From Eledone cirrhosa (lineage: Eukaryota): 64,000 nt of DNA. Positions 45,201 to 59,553 of this stretch are shown here, one piece after another. The stretch is from contig OZ024743.1 of NCBI GenBank assembly GCA_964016885.1, positions 277,202,001 to 277,266,000 on the forward strand, in the 5' to 3' direction. The notes under the pieces are model-generated. The model was not told the DNA's origin. It saw only the letters and a list, made by a program, of their open reading frames with translations, and searched no databases. Within the stretch, counting starts at the first letter, position 1, and every line of letters starts with the position of its first letter. A program made the position numbers and the translations under genes.

Positions 45201-48200
45201 TGTGGTGGTTATGGATGGCGTTGTGGTTGTTGTGGTTGGCGTTGTGGTGGTTGTGTTTGGCGTTGTGGTGGTTATGGTTGGCGTTGTAGTTGTTGTGGTT
45301 GGCGTTGTGGTGGTTGTGGTTGGAGTTGTGGTGGTTGTGGTTGGCGTTGTGGTTGTTGTGGTTGGCGTTGTGGTGGTTGTGGTTGGAGTTGTGGTTGTTT
45401 TGATTGGCGTTATGGTGGTTGTGATTGGCGTTGTGGTTGTTGTGGTTGGCGTTGTGGTTATTATGGATGGCGTTGTGGTTGTTGTGGTTGGCGTTGTGGT
45501 GGTTGTGGTTGGCGTTGTGGTGGTTGTGGTTGGCGTTGTGGTTGTTGTTGTTGCCGTTGTGGTTGGTGTTATGGTGGTTGTGGTTGGAGTTGTGGTGGTT
45601 GTGGTTGGCGTTGTGGTGGTTGTGGTTGGCGTTGTGGTCGTTGTGGTTGTCGTTGTGGTTGGCGTTGTGGTGGTTGTGGTTGGAGTTGTGGTGGTTGTAG
45701 TTGGCGTTGTGGTGGTTGTGGTTGGCGTTGTGGTTGTTGTGGTTGGCGTTGTGGTGGTTGTGGTTGTCGTTGTGGTTGGCGTTGTGGTGGTTGTGGTTGG
45801 AGTTGTGGTGGTTGTGGTTGGCGTTGTGGTGTTTGTGGTTGGCGTTGTGGTGGTTGTGGTTGCCGTTGTGGTTGGCGTTGTGGTGGTTGTGGTTGGAGTT
45901 GTGGTGGTTGTGGTTGGCGTTGAGGCGGTTGTGGTTGGAGTTGTGGTGCTTGTGGTTGGCGTTGTGGTGGTTGTGGTTGGCGTTGTGGTGGTTGTGGTTG
46001 GCGTTGTGGTGGTTGTGGTTGGCGTTGTGGTGGTTGTGGTTGGCGTTATGGTTGTTGTGGTTGGCGTTGTGGTGGCTGTGGTTGGCGTTGTGGTTGTTGT
46101 GTTTCGCGTTGTGGTTGTTGTGGTTGGCCTTGTGGTTGTTGTGGTTGGCGTTGTGGTGGTTGTGGTTGACGTTGAGGTGGTTGTGGTTGGCGTTGTGGTT
46201 GTTGTGGTTGGCGTTGTGGTGGTTGTGGTTGGCCTTATGGTTGTTGTGGTTGGCGTTGTGGTGGTTGTCGTTGGCGTTGTGGTGGTTGTGGTTGGCGTTG
46301 TCGTGGTTGTGGTTGGAGTTGTGGTGGTTGTGGTTGGCGTTGTGGTGGTTGTGGTTGGCCTTGTGGTGTTTGTGGTTGGCGTTGTGGTTGTTGTGGTTGG
46401 CGTTGTGGTGGTGGTGGTTGATCTTATGGTTGTCGTGGTTGGCGTTGTGGTGGTTGTGGTTGGCGTTGTGGTGGTTGTGGTTGGCGTTGTGCTGGTTGTG
46501 GTTGGCGTTGTTCTGGTTGTGGGTGGCGTAGTGGTGGTTGTGGTTGGCGTTGTGGTGGTTGTGGTTGGCGTTGTGGTGGTTGTGGTTGGAGTTGTGGTGG
46601 TTGTGGTTGGCGTTGTGATGGTTGTGGTTGGCGTTGTGGTGGTTGTGGTTGCCGTTGTGGTTGGCGTTGTGGTGGTTGTGGTTGGAGTTGTAGTGGTTGT
46701 TGTTGGCGTTGTGGTGCTTGTGGTTGGCGTTGTGGTGGTTGTGGTTGGCGTTGTGGTGGTTGTGGTTGGCGTTGTGGTTGTTGTGGTTAGAGTTGTGGTA
46801 GTTGTGGTTGGCGTTGTGGTGGCTGTGGTTGGAGTTGTGGCGGTTGTGGTTGCCGTTGTGGTTGGCGTTGTGGTGGTTGTGGTGGGAGTTGTGGTAGTTG
46901 TGGTTGGCGTTGTGGTGGTTGTGGTTGGAGTTGTGGTGGTTGTGGTTGGCGTTGTGGTGGTTGTGGTTGGAGTTGTGGTGGTTGTGGTTGGCATTGTGGT
47001 GGTTGTGGTTGGCGTTGTGGTGGTTGTGGTTGGCGTTGTGGTGGTTGTGGTTGGCGTTGTGGTGGTTGTGGTTGGAGTTGTGGTGGTTGTGGTTGGCGTT
47101 GTGGTGGTTGTGGTTGGAGTTGTGGTGGTTGTGGTTGGCGTTGTGGTGGTTGTGGTTGGCGTTGTGGTTGTTGTTGTTGCCGTTGTGGTTGGCGTTGTGG
47201 TGGTTGTGGTTGGACTTGTGGTGGTTGTGGTTGGCGTTGTGGTGGTTGTGGTTGGCGTTGTGGTCGTTGTGGTTGCCGTTGTGGTTGGCGTTGTGGTGGT
47301 TGTGGTTGGAGTTGTGGTGGTTGTAGTTGGCGTTGTGGTGGTTGTGGTTGGCGTTGGGGTTGTTGTGGTTGGCGTTGTGGTGGTTGTGGTTGCCGTTGTG
47401 GTTGGCGTTGTGGTGGTTGTGGTTGGCGTTGTGGTGGTTGTGGTTGGCGTTGTGGTGGTTGTGGTTGGCGTTGTGGTGGCTGTGGTTGGCGTTGTGGTTG
47501 TTGTGTTTGGCGTTGTGGTTGTTGTGGTTGGCGTTGTGGTTGTTGTGGTTGGCGTTGTGGTGGTTGTGGTTGGCGTTGTGGTGGTTGTGGCTGGCGTTGT
47601 GTTGGTTGTGGTTGGCGTTGTGGTGGTTGTGGTTGGCCTTGTGGTGGTTGTGGTTGAAGTTGTGGTGGTTGTGGTTGGCGTTGTGGTTGTTGTGGTTGGC
47701 GTTGTGGTGGTTGTCGTTGGCGTTGTGGTGGTTGTGGTTGGCGTTGTGGTGGTTGTGGTTGGCGTTGTGGTGGTTGTGCTTGCCGTTGTGGTTGGCGTTG
47801 TGGTGGTTGTGGTTGGTGTTGTGGTGGTTGTGGTTGGCGTTGTGGTGGATGTGGTTGGAGTTGTGGGGGTTGTGGTTGGCGTTGTGGGGGTTGTGGTTGG
47901 CGTTGTGGTGGTTGTGGTTGGAGTTGTTGTGGTTGTGGTTGGCGTTGTGGTTGTTGTGGTTGGCGTTATGGTTGTTGTGGTTGGCGTTGTGGTGGTTGTG
48001 GTTGGCGTTGTGGTGGTTGTGGTTGGCGTTGTGGTTGTTGTGGTTGGCGTTGTGGTTGTTGTGGTTGGCGTTGTGGTGGTTGTGGTTGGAGTTGTGGTGG
48101 TTGGCGTTGTGGTTGTTGTGGTTGATTTTGTGGTGGTTATGGATGGCGTTGTGGTTGTTGTGGTTGGCGTTGTGGTGGTTGTGTTTGGCGTTGTGGTGGT

Positions 48201-51200
48201 TGTGGTTGGCGTTGTAGTTGTTGTGGTTGGCGTTGTGGTGGTTGTGGTTGGAGTTGTAGTGGTTGTGGTTGGCGTTGTGGTTGTTGTGGTTGGCGTTGTG
48301 GTGGTTGTGGTTGGAGTTGTGGTTGTTTTGATTGGCGTTATGGTGGTTGTGATTGGCGTTGTGGTTGTTGTGGTTGGCGTTGTGGTTATTATGGATGGCG
48401 TTGTGGTTGTTGTGGTTGGCGTTGTGGTGGTTGTGGTTGGCGTTGTGGTGGTTGTGGTTGGCGTTGTGGTTGTTGTTGTTGCCGTTGTGGTTGGTGTTAT
48501 GGTGGTTGTGGTTGGAGTTGTGGTGGTTGTGGTTGGCGTTGTGGTGGTTGTGGTTGGCGTTGTGGTCGTTGTGGTTGTCGTTGTGGTTGGCGTTGTGGTG
48601 GTTGTGGTTGGAGTTGTGGTGGTTGTAGTTGGCGTTGTGGTGGTTGTGGTTGGCGTTGTGGTTGTTGTGGTTGGCGTTGTGGTGGTTGTGGTTGTCGTTG
48701 TGGTTGGCGTTGTGGTGGTTGTGGTTGGAGTTGTGGTGGTTGTGGTTGGCGTTGTGGTGTTTGTGGTTGGCGTTGTGGTGGTTGTGGTTGTCGTTGTGGT
48801 TGGCGTTGTGGGGGTTGTGGTTGGAGTTGTGGTGGTTGTGGTTGGCGTTGAGGTGGTTGTGGTTGGAGTTGTGGTGCTTGTGGTTGGCGTTGTGGTGGTT
48901 GTGGTTGGCGTTGTGGTGGTTGTGGTTGGCGTTGTGGTGGTTGTGGTTGGCGTTGTGGTGGTTGTGGTTGGCGTTATGGTTGTTGTGGTTGGCGTTGTGG
49001 TGGCTGTGGTTGGCGTTGTGGTGGCTGTGGTTGGCGTTGTGGTTGTTGTGTTTGGCGTTGTGGTTGGCGTTGTGGTTGTTGTGGTTGGCGTTGTGGTGGT
49101 TGTGGTTGGCGTTGTGGTGGTTGTGGTTGGCGTTGTGTTGGTTGTGGTTGGCGTTGTGGTAGTTGTGGTTGGCCTTGTGGTGGTTGTGGTTGAAGTTGTG
49201 GTGGTTGTGGTTGGCGTTGTGGTTGTTGTGGTTGGCGTTGTGGTGGTTGTCGTTGGCGTTGTGGTGGTTGTGGTTGACGTTGTGGTGGTTGTGGTTGGCG
49301 TTGTGGTGGTTGTGGTTGCCGTTGTGGTTGGCATTGTGGTGGTTGTGGTTGGAGTTGTGGTGGTTGTGGTTGGCATTGTGGTGGATGTGGTTGGAGTTGT
49401 GGGGGTTGTGGTTGGCGTTGTGGTAGTTGTGGTTGGCGTTGTGGTGGTTGTGGTTGGAGTTGTTGTGGTTGTGGTTGGCGTTGTGGTTGTTGTGGTTGGC
49501 GTTATGGTTGTTGTGGTTGGCGTTGTGGTGGTTGTGGTTGGCGTTGTGGTGGTTGTGGTTGGAGTTGTGGTGGTTGGTGTTGTGGTTGTTGTGGTTGATG
49601 TTGTGGTGGTTATGGATGGCGTTGTGGTTGTTGTGGTTGGCGTTGTGGTGGTTGTGGTTGGAGTTGTGGTTGTTTTGATTGGCGTTATGGTGGTTGTGAT
49701 TGGCGTTGTGGTGGTTGTGGTTGGCGTTGTGGTGGTTGTGGTTGGCGTTGTGGTTGTTGTGGTTGGCGTTGTGGTTATTATGGATGGCGTTGTGGTTGTT
49801 GTGGTTGGCGTTGTGGTGGTTGTGGTTGGCGTTGTGGTGGTTGTGGTTGGCGTTGTGGTTGTTGTTGTTGCCGTTGTGGTTGGCGTTGTGGTGGTTGTGG
49901 TTGGAGTTGTGGTGCTTGTGGTTGGCGTTGAGGTGGTTGTGGTTGGCGTTGTGGTGTTTGTGGTTGGCGTTGTGGTGGTTGTGGTTGCCGTTGTGGTCGT
50001 TGTGGTTGCCGTTGTGGTTGGCGTTGTGGTGGTTGTGGTTGGAGTTGTGGTGGTTGTAGTTGGCGTTGTGGTGGTTGTGGTTGGCGTTGTGGTTGTTGTG
50101 GTTGGCGTTGTGGTGGTTGTGGTTGCCGTTGTGGTTGGCGTTGTGGTGGTTGTGGTTGGAGTTGTGGTGTTTGTGGTTGGCGTTGTGGTGGTTGTGGTTG
50201 CCGTTGTGGTTGGCGTTGTGGTGGTTGTGGTTGGAGTTGTGGTGCTTGTGGTTGGCGTTGAGGTGGTTGTGGTTGGCGTTGTGGTGTTTGTGGTTGGCGT
50301 TGTGGTGGTTGTGGTTGCCGTTGTGGTTGGCGTTGTGGTGGTTGTGGTTGGAGTTGTGGTGCTTGTGGTTGGCGTTGAGGTGGTTGTGGTTGGAGTTGTG
50401 GTGCTTGTGGTTGGCGTTGTGGTGGTTGTGGTTGGCGTTGTGGTGGTTGTGGTTGGCGTTGTGGTGGTTGTGGTTGGCGTTGTGGTGGTTGTGGTTGGCG
50501 TTATGGTTGTTGTGGTTGGCGTTGTGGTGGCTGTGGTTGGCGTTGTGGTTGTTGTGTTTGGCGTTGTGGTTGTTGTGGTTGGCGTTGTGGTTGTTGTGGT
50601 TGGCGTTGTGGTGGTTGTGGTTGACGTTGAGGTGGTTGTGGTTGGCGTTGTGGTTGTTGTGGTTGGCGTTGTGGTGGTTGTGGTTGGCCTTATGGTTGAT
50701 GTGGTTGGCGTTGTGGTGGTTCTGGTTGGCGTTGTGGTGGTTGTGGTTGGCGTTGTGGTGGTTGTGGTTGGAGTTGCGGTGGTTGTGGTTGGCGTTGTGG
50801 TGGTTGTGAGTGGCGTTGTGGTGGTTGTGGTTGGCGTTGTGGTTGTTGTGGTTGGCGTTGTGGTGGTGGTGGTTGATCTTATGGTTGTTGTGGTTGGCGT
50901 TGTGGTTGTTGTGGTTGGCGTTGTGGTGGTTGTGGTTGGCGTTGTGGTGGTTGTGGTTGGCGTTGTGGTTGTTGTGGTTGGCGTTGTGGTGGTTGTGGTT
51001 GGAGTTGTGGTGGTTGTGGTTGGCGTTGTGGTTGTTGTGGTTGGCGTTGTGGTGGTTGTGGTTGGAGTTGTGGTTGTTTTGATTGGCGTTATGGTGGTTG
51101 TGATTGGCGTTGTGGTGGTTGTGGTTGGCATTGTGGTGGTTGTGGTTGGCGTTGTGGTTGTTGTGGTTGGCGTTGTGGTTATTATGGATGGCGTTGTGGT

Positions 51201-54200
51201 TGTTGTGGTTGGCGTTGTGGTGGTTGTGGTTGGCGTTGTGGTGGTTGTGGTTGGCGTTGGGGTTGTTGTGGTTTGCGTTGTGGTGCTGGTGGTTGGAGTT
51301 GTGGTGGTTGTGGTTGGCGTTGTGGTGGTTGTGGTTGGCGTTGTGGTGGTTGTGGTTGGCGTCGTGGTGGTTGTGGTTGGCGTTGTGGTTGTTGTGGTTG
51401 GCGTTGTGGTGGTTGTGGTTGGCGTTGTGGTGGTTGTGGTTGGAGTTGTGGTGGTTGTGGTTGGCGTTGTGGTGGTTGTGGTTGGCGTTGTGGTTGTTGT
51501 TGTTGCCGTTGTGGTTGGCGTTGTGGTGGTTGTGGTTGGACTTGTGGTGGTTGTGGTTGGCGTTGTGGTGGTTGTGGTTGGCGTTGTGGTCGTTGTGGTT
51601 GCCGTTGTGGTTGGCGTTGTGGTGGTTGTGGTTGGAGTTGTGGTGGTTGTAGTTGGCGTTGTGGTGGTTGTGGTTGGCGTTGGGGTTGTTGTGGTTGGCG
51701 TTGTGGTGGTTGTGGTTGCCGTTGTGGTTGGCGTTGTGGTGGTTGTGGTTGGCGTTGTGGTGGTTGTGGTTGGCGTTGTGGTGGTTGTGGTTGGCGTTGT
51801 GGTGGCTGTGGTTGGCGTTGTGGTTGTTGTGTTTGGCGTTGTGGTTGTTGTGGTTGGCGTTGTGGTTGTTGTGGTTGGCGTTGTGGTGGTTGTGGTTGGC
51901 GTTGTGGTGGTTGTGGCTGGCGTTGTGTTGGTTGTGGTTGGCGTTGTGGTGGTTGTGGTTGGCCTTGTGGTGGTTGTGGTTGAAGTTGTGGTGGTTGTGG
52001 TTGGCGTTGTGGTTGTTGTGGTTGGCGTTGTGGTGGTTGTCGTTGGCGTTGTGGTGGTTGTGGTTGGCGTTGTGGTGGTTGTGGTTGGCGTTGTGGTGGT
52101 TGTGCTTGCCGTTGTGGTTGGCGTTGTGGTGGTTGTGGTTGGTGTTGTGGTGGTTGTGGTTGGCGTTGTGGTGGATGTGGTTGGAGTTGTGGGGGTTGTG
52201 GTTGGCGTTGTGGGGGTTGTGGTTGGCGTTGTGGTGGTTGTGGTTGGAGTTGTTGTGGTTGTGGTTGGCGTTGTGGTTGTTGTGGTTGGCGTTATGGTTG
52301 TTGTGGTTGGCGTTGTGGTGGTTGTGGTTGGCGTTGTGGTGGTTGTGGTTGGCGTTGTGGTTGTTGTGGTTGGCGTTGTGGTTGTTGTGGTTGGCGTTGT
52401 GGTGGTTGTGGTTGGAGTTGTGGTGGTTGGCGTTGTGGTTGTTGTGGTTGATTTTGTGGTGGTTATGGATGGCGTTGTGGTTGTTGTGGTTGGCGTTGTG
52501 GTGGTTGTGTTTGGCGTTGTGGTGGTTGTGGTTGGCGTTGTAGTTGTTGTGGTTGGCGTTGTGGTGGTTGTGGTTGGAGTTGTAGTGGTTGTGGTTGGCG
52601 TTGTGGTTGTTGTGGTTGGCGTTGTGGTGGTTGTGGTTGGAGTTGTGGTTGTTTTGATTGGCGTTATGGTGGTTGTGATTGGCGTTGTGGTTGTTGTGGT
52701 TGGCGTTGTGGTTATTATGGATGGCGTTGTGGTTGTTGTGGTTGGCGTTGTGGTGGTTGTGGTTGGCGTTGTGGTGGTTGTGGTTGGCGTTGTGGTTGTT
52801 GTTGTTGCCGTTGTGGTTGGTGTTATGGTGGTTGTGGTTGGAGTTGTGGTGGTTGTGGTTGGCGTTGTGGTGGTTGTGGTTGGCGTTGTGGTCGTTGTGG
52901 TTGTCGTTGTGGTTGGCGTTGTGGTGGTTGTGGTTGGAGTTGTGGTGGTTGTAGTTGGCGTTGTGGTGGTTGTGGTTGGCGTTGTGGTTGTTGTGGTTGG
53001 CGTTGTGGTGGTTGTGGTTGGAGTTGTGGTGGTTGTAGTTGGCGTTGTGGTGGTTGTGGTTGGCGTTGTGGTTGTTGTGGTTGGCGTTGTGGTGGTTGTG
53101 GTTGCCGTTGTGGTTGGCGTTGTGGTGGTTGTGGTTGGAGTTGTGGTGTTTGTGGTTGGCGTTGTGGTGGTTGTGGTTGCCGTTGTGGTTGGCGTTGTGG
53201 TGGTTGTGGTTGGAGTTGTGGTGCTTGTGGTTGGCGTTGAGGTGGTTGTGGTTGGCGTTGTGGTGTTTGTGGTTGGCGTTGTGGTGGTTGTGGTTGCCGT
53301 TGTGGTTGGCGTTGTGGTGGTTGTGGTTGGAGTTGTGGTGCTTGTGGTTGGCGTTGAGGTGGTTGTGGTTGGAGTTGTGGTGCTTGTGGTTGGCGTTGTG
53401 GTGGTTGTGGTTGGCGTTGTGGTGGTTGTGGTTGGCGTTGTGGTGGTTGTGGTTGGCGTTGTGGTGGTTGTGGTTGGCGTTATGGTTGTTGTGGTTGGCG
53501 TTGTGGTGGCTGTGGTTGGCGTTGTGGTTGTTGTGTTTGGCGTTGTGGTTGTTGTGGTTGGCGTTGTGGTTGTTGTGGTTGGCGTTGTGGTGGTTGTGGT
53601 TGACGTTGAGGTGGTTGTGGTTGGCGTTGTGGTTGTTGTGGTTGGCGTTGTGGTGGTTGTGGTTGGCCTTATGGTTGATGTGGTTGGCGTTGTGGTGGTT
53701 CTGGTTGGCGTTGTGGTGGTTGTGGTTGGCGTTGTGGTGGTTGTGGTTGGAGTTGCGGTGGTTGTGGTTGGCGTTGTGGTTGGCGTTGTGGTTGTTGTGG
53801 TTGGCGTTGTGGTGGTGGTGGTTGATCTTATGGTTGTTGTGGTTGGCGTTGTGGTTGTTGTGGTTGGCGTTGTGGTGGTTGTGGTTGGCGTTGTGGTGGT
53901 TGTGGTTGGCGTTGTGGTTGTTGTGGTTGGCGTTGTGGTGGTTGTGGTTGGAGTTGTGGTGGTTGTGGTTGGCGTTGTGGTTGTTGTGGTTGGCGTTGTG
54001 GTGGTTGTGGTTGGAGTTGTGGTTGTTTTGATTGGCGTTATGGTGGTTGTGATTGGCGTTGTGGTGGTTGTGGTTGGCATTGTGGTGGTTGTGGTTGGCG
54101 TTGTGGTTGTTGTGGTTGGCGTTGTGGTTATTATGGATGGCGTTGTGGTTGTTGTGGTTGGCGTTGTGGTGGTTGTGGTTGGCGTTGTGGTGGTTGTGGT

Positions 54201-57200
54201 TGGCGTTGGGGTTGTTGTGGTTTGCGTTGTGGTGCTGGTGGTTGGAGTTGTGGTGGTTGTGGTTGGCGTTGTGGTGGTTGTGGTTGGCGTTGTGGTGGTT
54301 GTGGTTGGCGTCGTGGTGGTTGTGGTTGGCGTTGTGGTTGTTGTGGTTGGCGTTGTGGTGGTTGTGGTTGGCGTTGTGGTGGTTGTGGTTGGAGTTGTGG
54401 TGGTTGTGGTTGGCGTTGTGGTGGTTGTGGTTGGCGTTGTGGTTGTTGTTGTTGCCGTTGTGGTTGGCGTTGTGGTGGTTGTGGTTGGACTTGTGGTGGT
54501 TGTGGTTGGCGTTGTGGTGGTTGTGGTTGGCGTTGTGGTCGTTGTGGTTGCCGTTGTGGTTGGCGTTGTGGTGGTTGTGGTTGGAGTTGTGGTGGTTGTA
54601 GTTGGCGTTGTGGTGGTTGTGGTTGGCGTTGGGGTTGTTGTGGTTGGCGTTGTGGTGGTTGTGGTTGCCGTTGTGGTTGGCGTTGTGGTGGTTGTGGTTG
54701 GCGTTGTGGTGGTTGTGGTTGGCGTTGTGGTGGTTGTGGTTGGCGTTGTGGTGGCTGTGGTTGGCGTTGTGGTTGTTGTGTTTGGCGTTGTGGTTGTTGT
54801 GGTTGGCGTTGTGGTTGTTGTGGTTGGCGTTGTGGTGGTTGTGGTTGGCGTTGTGGTGGTTGTGGCTGGCGTTGTGTTGGTTGTGGTTGGCGTTGTGGTG
54901 GTTGTGGTTGGCCTTGTGGTGGTTGTGGTTGAAGTTGTGGTGGTTGTGGTTGGCGTTGTGGTTGTTGTGGTTGGCGTTGTGGTGGTTGTCGTTGGCGTTG
55001 TGGTGGTTGTGGTTGGCGTTGTGGTGGTTGTGGTTGGCGTTGTGGTGGTTGTGCTTGCCGTTGTGGTTGGCGTTGTGGTGGTTGTGGTTGGTGTTGTGGT
55101 GGTTGTGGTTGGCGTTGTGGTGGATGTGGTTGGAGTTGTGGGGGTTGTGGTTGGCGTTGTGGGGGTTGTGGTTGGCGTTGTGGTGGTTGTGGTTGGAGTT
55201 GTTGTGGTTGTGGTTGGCGTTGTGGTTGTTGTGGTTGGCGTTATGGTTGTTGTGGTTGGCGTTGTGGTGGTTGTGGTTGGCGTTGTGGTGGTTGTGGTTG
55301 GCGTTGTGGTTGTTGTGGTTGGCGTTGTGGTTGTTGTGGTTGGCGTTGTGGTGGTTGTGGTTGGAGTTGTGGTGGTTGGCGTTGTGGTTGTTGTGGTTGA
55401 TTTTGTGGTGGTTATGGATGGCGTTGTGGTTGTTGTGGTTGGCGTTGTGGTGGTTGTGTTTGGCGTTGTGGTGGTTGTGGTTGGCGTTGTAGTTGTTGTG
55501 GTTGGCGTTGTGGTGGTTGTGGTTGGAGTTGTAGTGGTTGTGGTTGGCGTTGTGGTTGTTGTGGTTGGCGTTGTGGTGGTTGTGGTTGGAGTTGTGGTTG
55601 TTTTGATTGGCGTTATGGTGGTTGTGATTGGCGTTGTGGTTGTTGTGGTTGGCGTTGTGGTTATTATGGATGGCGTTGTGGTTGTTGTGGTTGGCGTTGT
55701 GGTGGTTGTGGTTGGCGTTGTGGTGGTTGTGGTTGGCGTTGTGGTTGTTGTTGTTGCCGTTGTGGTTGGTGTTATGGTGGTTGTGGTTGGAGTTGTGGTG
55801 GTTGTGGTTGGCGTTGTGGTGGTTGTGGTTGGCGTTGTGGTCGTTGTGGTTGTCGTTGTGGTTGGCGTTGTGGTGGTTGTGGTTGGAGTTGTGGTGGTTG
55901 TAGTTGGCGTTGTGGTGGTTGTGGTTGGCGTTGTGGTTGTTGTGGTTGGCGTTGTGGTGGTTGTGGTTGTCGTTGTGGTTGGCGTTGTGGTGGTTGTGGT
56001 TGGAGTTGTGGTGGTTGTGGTTGGCGTTGTGGTGTTTGTGGTTGGCGTTGTGGTGGTTGTGGTTGTCGTTGTGGTTGGCGTTGTGGGGGTTGTGGTTGGA
56101 GTTGTGGTGGTTGTGGTTGGCGTTGAGGTGGTTGTGGTTGGAGTTGTGGTGCTTGTGGTTGGCGTTGTGGTGGTTGTGGTTGGCGTTGTGGTGGTTGTGG
56201 TTGGCGTTGTGGTGGTTGTGGTTGGCGTTGTGGTGGTTGTGGTTGGCGTTATGGTTGTTGTGGTTGGCGTTGTGGTGGCTGTGGTTGGCGTTGTGGTGGC
56301 TGTGGTTGGCGTTGTGGTTGTTGTGTTTGGCGTTGTGGTTGGCGTTGTGGTTGTTGTGGTTGGCGTTGTGGTGGTTGTGGTTGGCGTTGTGGTGGTTGTG
56401 GTTGGCGTTGTGTTGGTTGTGGTTGGCGTTGTGGTAGTTGTGGTTGGCCTTGTGGTGGTTGTGGTTGAAGTTGTGGTGGTTGTGGTTGGCGTTGTGGTTG
56501 TTGTGGTTGGCGTTGTGGTGGTTGTCGTTGGCGTTGTGGTGGTTGTGGTTGACGTTGTGGTGGTTGTGGTTGGCGTTGTGGTGGTTGTGGTTGCCGTTGT
56601 GGTTGGCATTGTGGTGGTTGTGGTTGGAGTTGTGGTGGTTGTGGTTGGCATTGTGGTGGATGTGGTTGGAGTTGTGGGGGTTGTGGTTGGCGTTGTGGTA
56701 GTTGTGGTTGGCGTTGTGGTGGTTGTGGTTGGAGTTGTTGTGGTTGTGGTTGGCGTTGTGGTTGTTGTGGTTGGCGTTATGGTTGTTGTGGTTGGCGTTG
56801 TGGTGGTTGTGGTTGGCGTTGTGGTGGTTGTGGTTGGAGTTGTGGTGGTTGGTGTTGTGGTTGTTGTGGTTGATGTTGTGGTGGTTATGGATGGCGTTGT
56901 GGTTGTTGTGGTTGGCGTTGTGGTGGTTGTGGTTGGAGTTGTGGTTGTTTTGATTGGCGTTATGGTGGTTGTGATTGGCGTTGTGGTGGTTGTGGTTGGC
57001 GTTGTGGTGGTTGTGGTTGGCGTTGTGGTTGTTGTGGTTGGCGTTGTGGTTATTATGGATGGCGTTGTGGTTGTTGTGGTTGGCGTTGTGGTGGTTGTGG
57101 TTGGCGTTGTGGTGGTTGTGGTTGGCGTTGTGGTTGTTGTTGTTGCCGTTGTGGTTGGCGTTGTGGTGGTTGTGGTTGGAGTTGTGGTGCTTGTGGTTGG

Positions 57201-58780
57201 CGTTGAGGTGGTTGTGGTTGGCGTTGTGGTGTTTGTGGTTGGCGTTGTGGTGGTTGTGGTTGCCGTTGTGGTCGTTGTGGTTGCCGTTGTGGTTGGCGTT
57301 GTGGTGGTTGTGGTTGGAGTTGTGGTGGTTGTAGTTGGCGTTGTGGTGGTTGTGGTTGGCGTTGTGGTTGTTGTGGTTGGCGTTGTGGTGGTTGTGGTTG
57401 CCGTTGTGGTTGGCGTTGTGGTGGTTGTGGTTGGAGTTGTGGTGTTTGTGGTTGGCGTTGTGGTGGTTGTGGTTGCCGTTGTGGTTGGCGTTGTGGTGGT
57501 TGTGGTTGGAGTTGTGGTGCTTGTGGTTGGCGTTGAGGTGGTTGTGGTTGGCGTTGTGGTGTTTGTGGTTGGCGTTGTGGTGGTTGTGGTTGCCGTTGTG
57601 GTTGGCGTTGTGGTGGTTGTGGTTGGAGTTGTGGTGCTTGTGGTTGGCGTTGAGGTGGTTGTGGTTGGAGTTGTGGTGCTTGTGGTTGGCGTTGTGGTGG
57701 TTGTGGTTGGCGTTGTGGTGGTTGTGGTTGGCGTTGTGGTGGTTGTGGTTGGCGTTGTGGTGGTTGTGGTTGGCGTTATGGTTGTTGTGGTTGGCGTTGT
57801 GGTGGCTGTGGTTGGCGTTGTGGTTGTTGTGTTTGGCGTTGTGGTTGTTGTGGTTGGCGTTGTGGTTGTTGTGGTTGGCGTTGTGGTGGTTGTGGTTGAC
57901 GTTGAGGTGGTTGTGGTTGGCGTTGTGGTTGTTGTGGTTGGCGTTGTGGTGGTTGTGGTTGGCCTTATGGTTGATGTGGTTGGCGTTGTGGTGGTTCTGG
58001 TTGGCGTTGTGGTGGTTGTGGTTGGCGTTGTGGTGGTTGTGGTTGGAGTTGCGGTGGTTGTGGTTGGCGTTGTGGTGGTTGTGAGTGGCGTTGTGGTGGT
58101 TGTGGTTGGCGTTGTGGTTGTTGTGGTTGGCGTTGTGGTGGTGGTGGTTGATCTTATGGTTGTTGTGGTTGGCGTTGTGGTTGTTGTGGTTGGCGTTGTG
58201 GTGGTTGTGGTTGGCGTTGTGGTGGTTGTGGTTGGCGTTGTGGTTGTTGTGGTTGGCGTTGTGGTGGTTGTGGTTGGAGTTGTGGTGGTTGTGGTTGGCG
58301 TTGTGGTTGTTGTGGTTGGCGTTGTGGTGGTTGTGGTTGGAGTTGTGGTTGTTTTGATTGGCGTTATGGTGGTTGTGATTGGCGTTGTGGTGGTTGTGGT
58401 TGGCATTGTGGTGGTTGTGGTTGGCGTTGTGGTTGTTGTGGTTGGCGTTGTGGTTATTATGGATGGCGTTGTGGTTGTTGTGGTTGGCGTTGTGGTGGTT
58501 GTGGTTGGCGTTGTGGTGGTTGTGGTTGGCGTTGGGGTTGTTGTGGTTTGCGTTGTGGTGCTGGTGGTTGGAGTTGTGGTGGTTGTGGTTGGCGTTGTGG
58601 TGGTTGTGGTTGGCGTTGTGGTGGTTGTGGTTGGCGTCGTGGTGGTTGTGGTTGGCGTTGTGGTTGTTGTGGTTGGCGTTGTGGTGGTTGTGGTTGGCGT
58701 TATGGTAGTTGTGGTTGGCGTTGTAGTGGTTGTGGTTGGGGTTGTGGTTGTTGTTGTTGGCGTTGTGGTGGTTGTGGTTG
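30262..58780 (-). CDS. Mucin-like Pro/Thr tandem-repeat domain, central block (~9,500 codons)
   Basis: Uninterrupted Thr frame (ORF 29874..58406) with recurrent variants [23 protein letters not shown]. Confidence 0.7.
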
Positions 58781-59553
58781 GTGGTTTTGGTGGTTGTGGT
58801 TGGCGTTGTGGTGGTTGTGGTTGGCGTTGTGGTGGTTGTGGTTGGCGTGGTGGTTGTATGTGGTTGGCGTTGTGGTGGTTGTGGTTGGCGTTGTGGTTGT
58901 TGTGGTTGGCGTTTGCCCGGTTGTGGTTGGAGTTGTGGTGGTTGTGGTTGGCGTTGTCGTTGTTGTGGTTGGAGTTGTGGTGGTTGTGGTTGGCGTTGTG
59001 GTGGTTGTGGTTGGCGTTTGCCCGGTTGTGGTTGGAGTTGTGGTGGGAGTGGTTGGCGTTGTGGTTGTTGTGGTTGGAGTTGTGGTGGTTGTGGTTGGCG
59101 TTGTGGTGGTTGTGGTTGGCGTTGTGGTGGTTGTGGTTGGCGTTGTGGTGGTTGTGGTTGGCGTTGTGGTGGTTGTGGTTGGCGTTGTGGTTGTTGTGTT
59201 TGGCGTTGTGGTGGTTGTGGTTGGCGTTGTGGTGGTTGTGGTTGGCGTTGTGGTGGTTGTGGTTGTCGTTGTGGTTGGCGTTGTGGTGGTTGTGCTTGGA
59301 GTTGTGGTGGTTGTGTTTGGCGTTGTGGTGGTTGTGGTTGGCGTTGTGGTGGTTGTGGTTGGCGTTTGCCCGGTGGTGGTTGACGTTGAGGTGGTTGTGG
59401 TTGGAGTTGTGGTGCTTGTGGTTGGCGTTGTGGTGGTTGTGGTTGGCGTTGTGGTGGTTGTGGTTGGCGTTGTGGTCGTTGTGGTTGGCGTTGTGGTGGT
59501 TGTGGTTGGCGTTATGGTTGTTGTGGTTGGCGTTGTGGTGGCTGTGGTTGGCG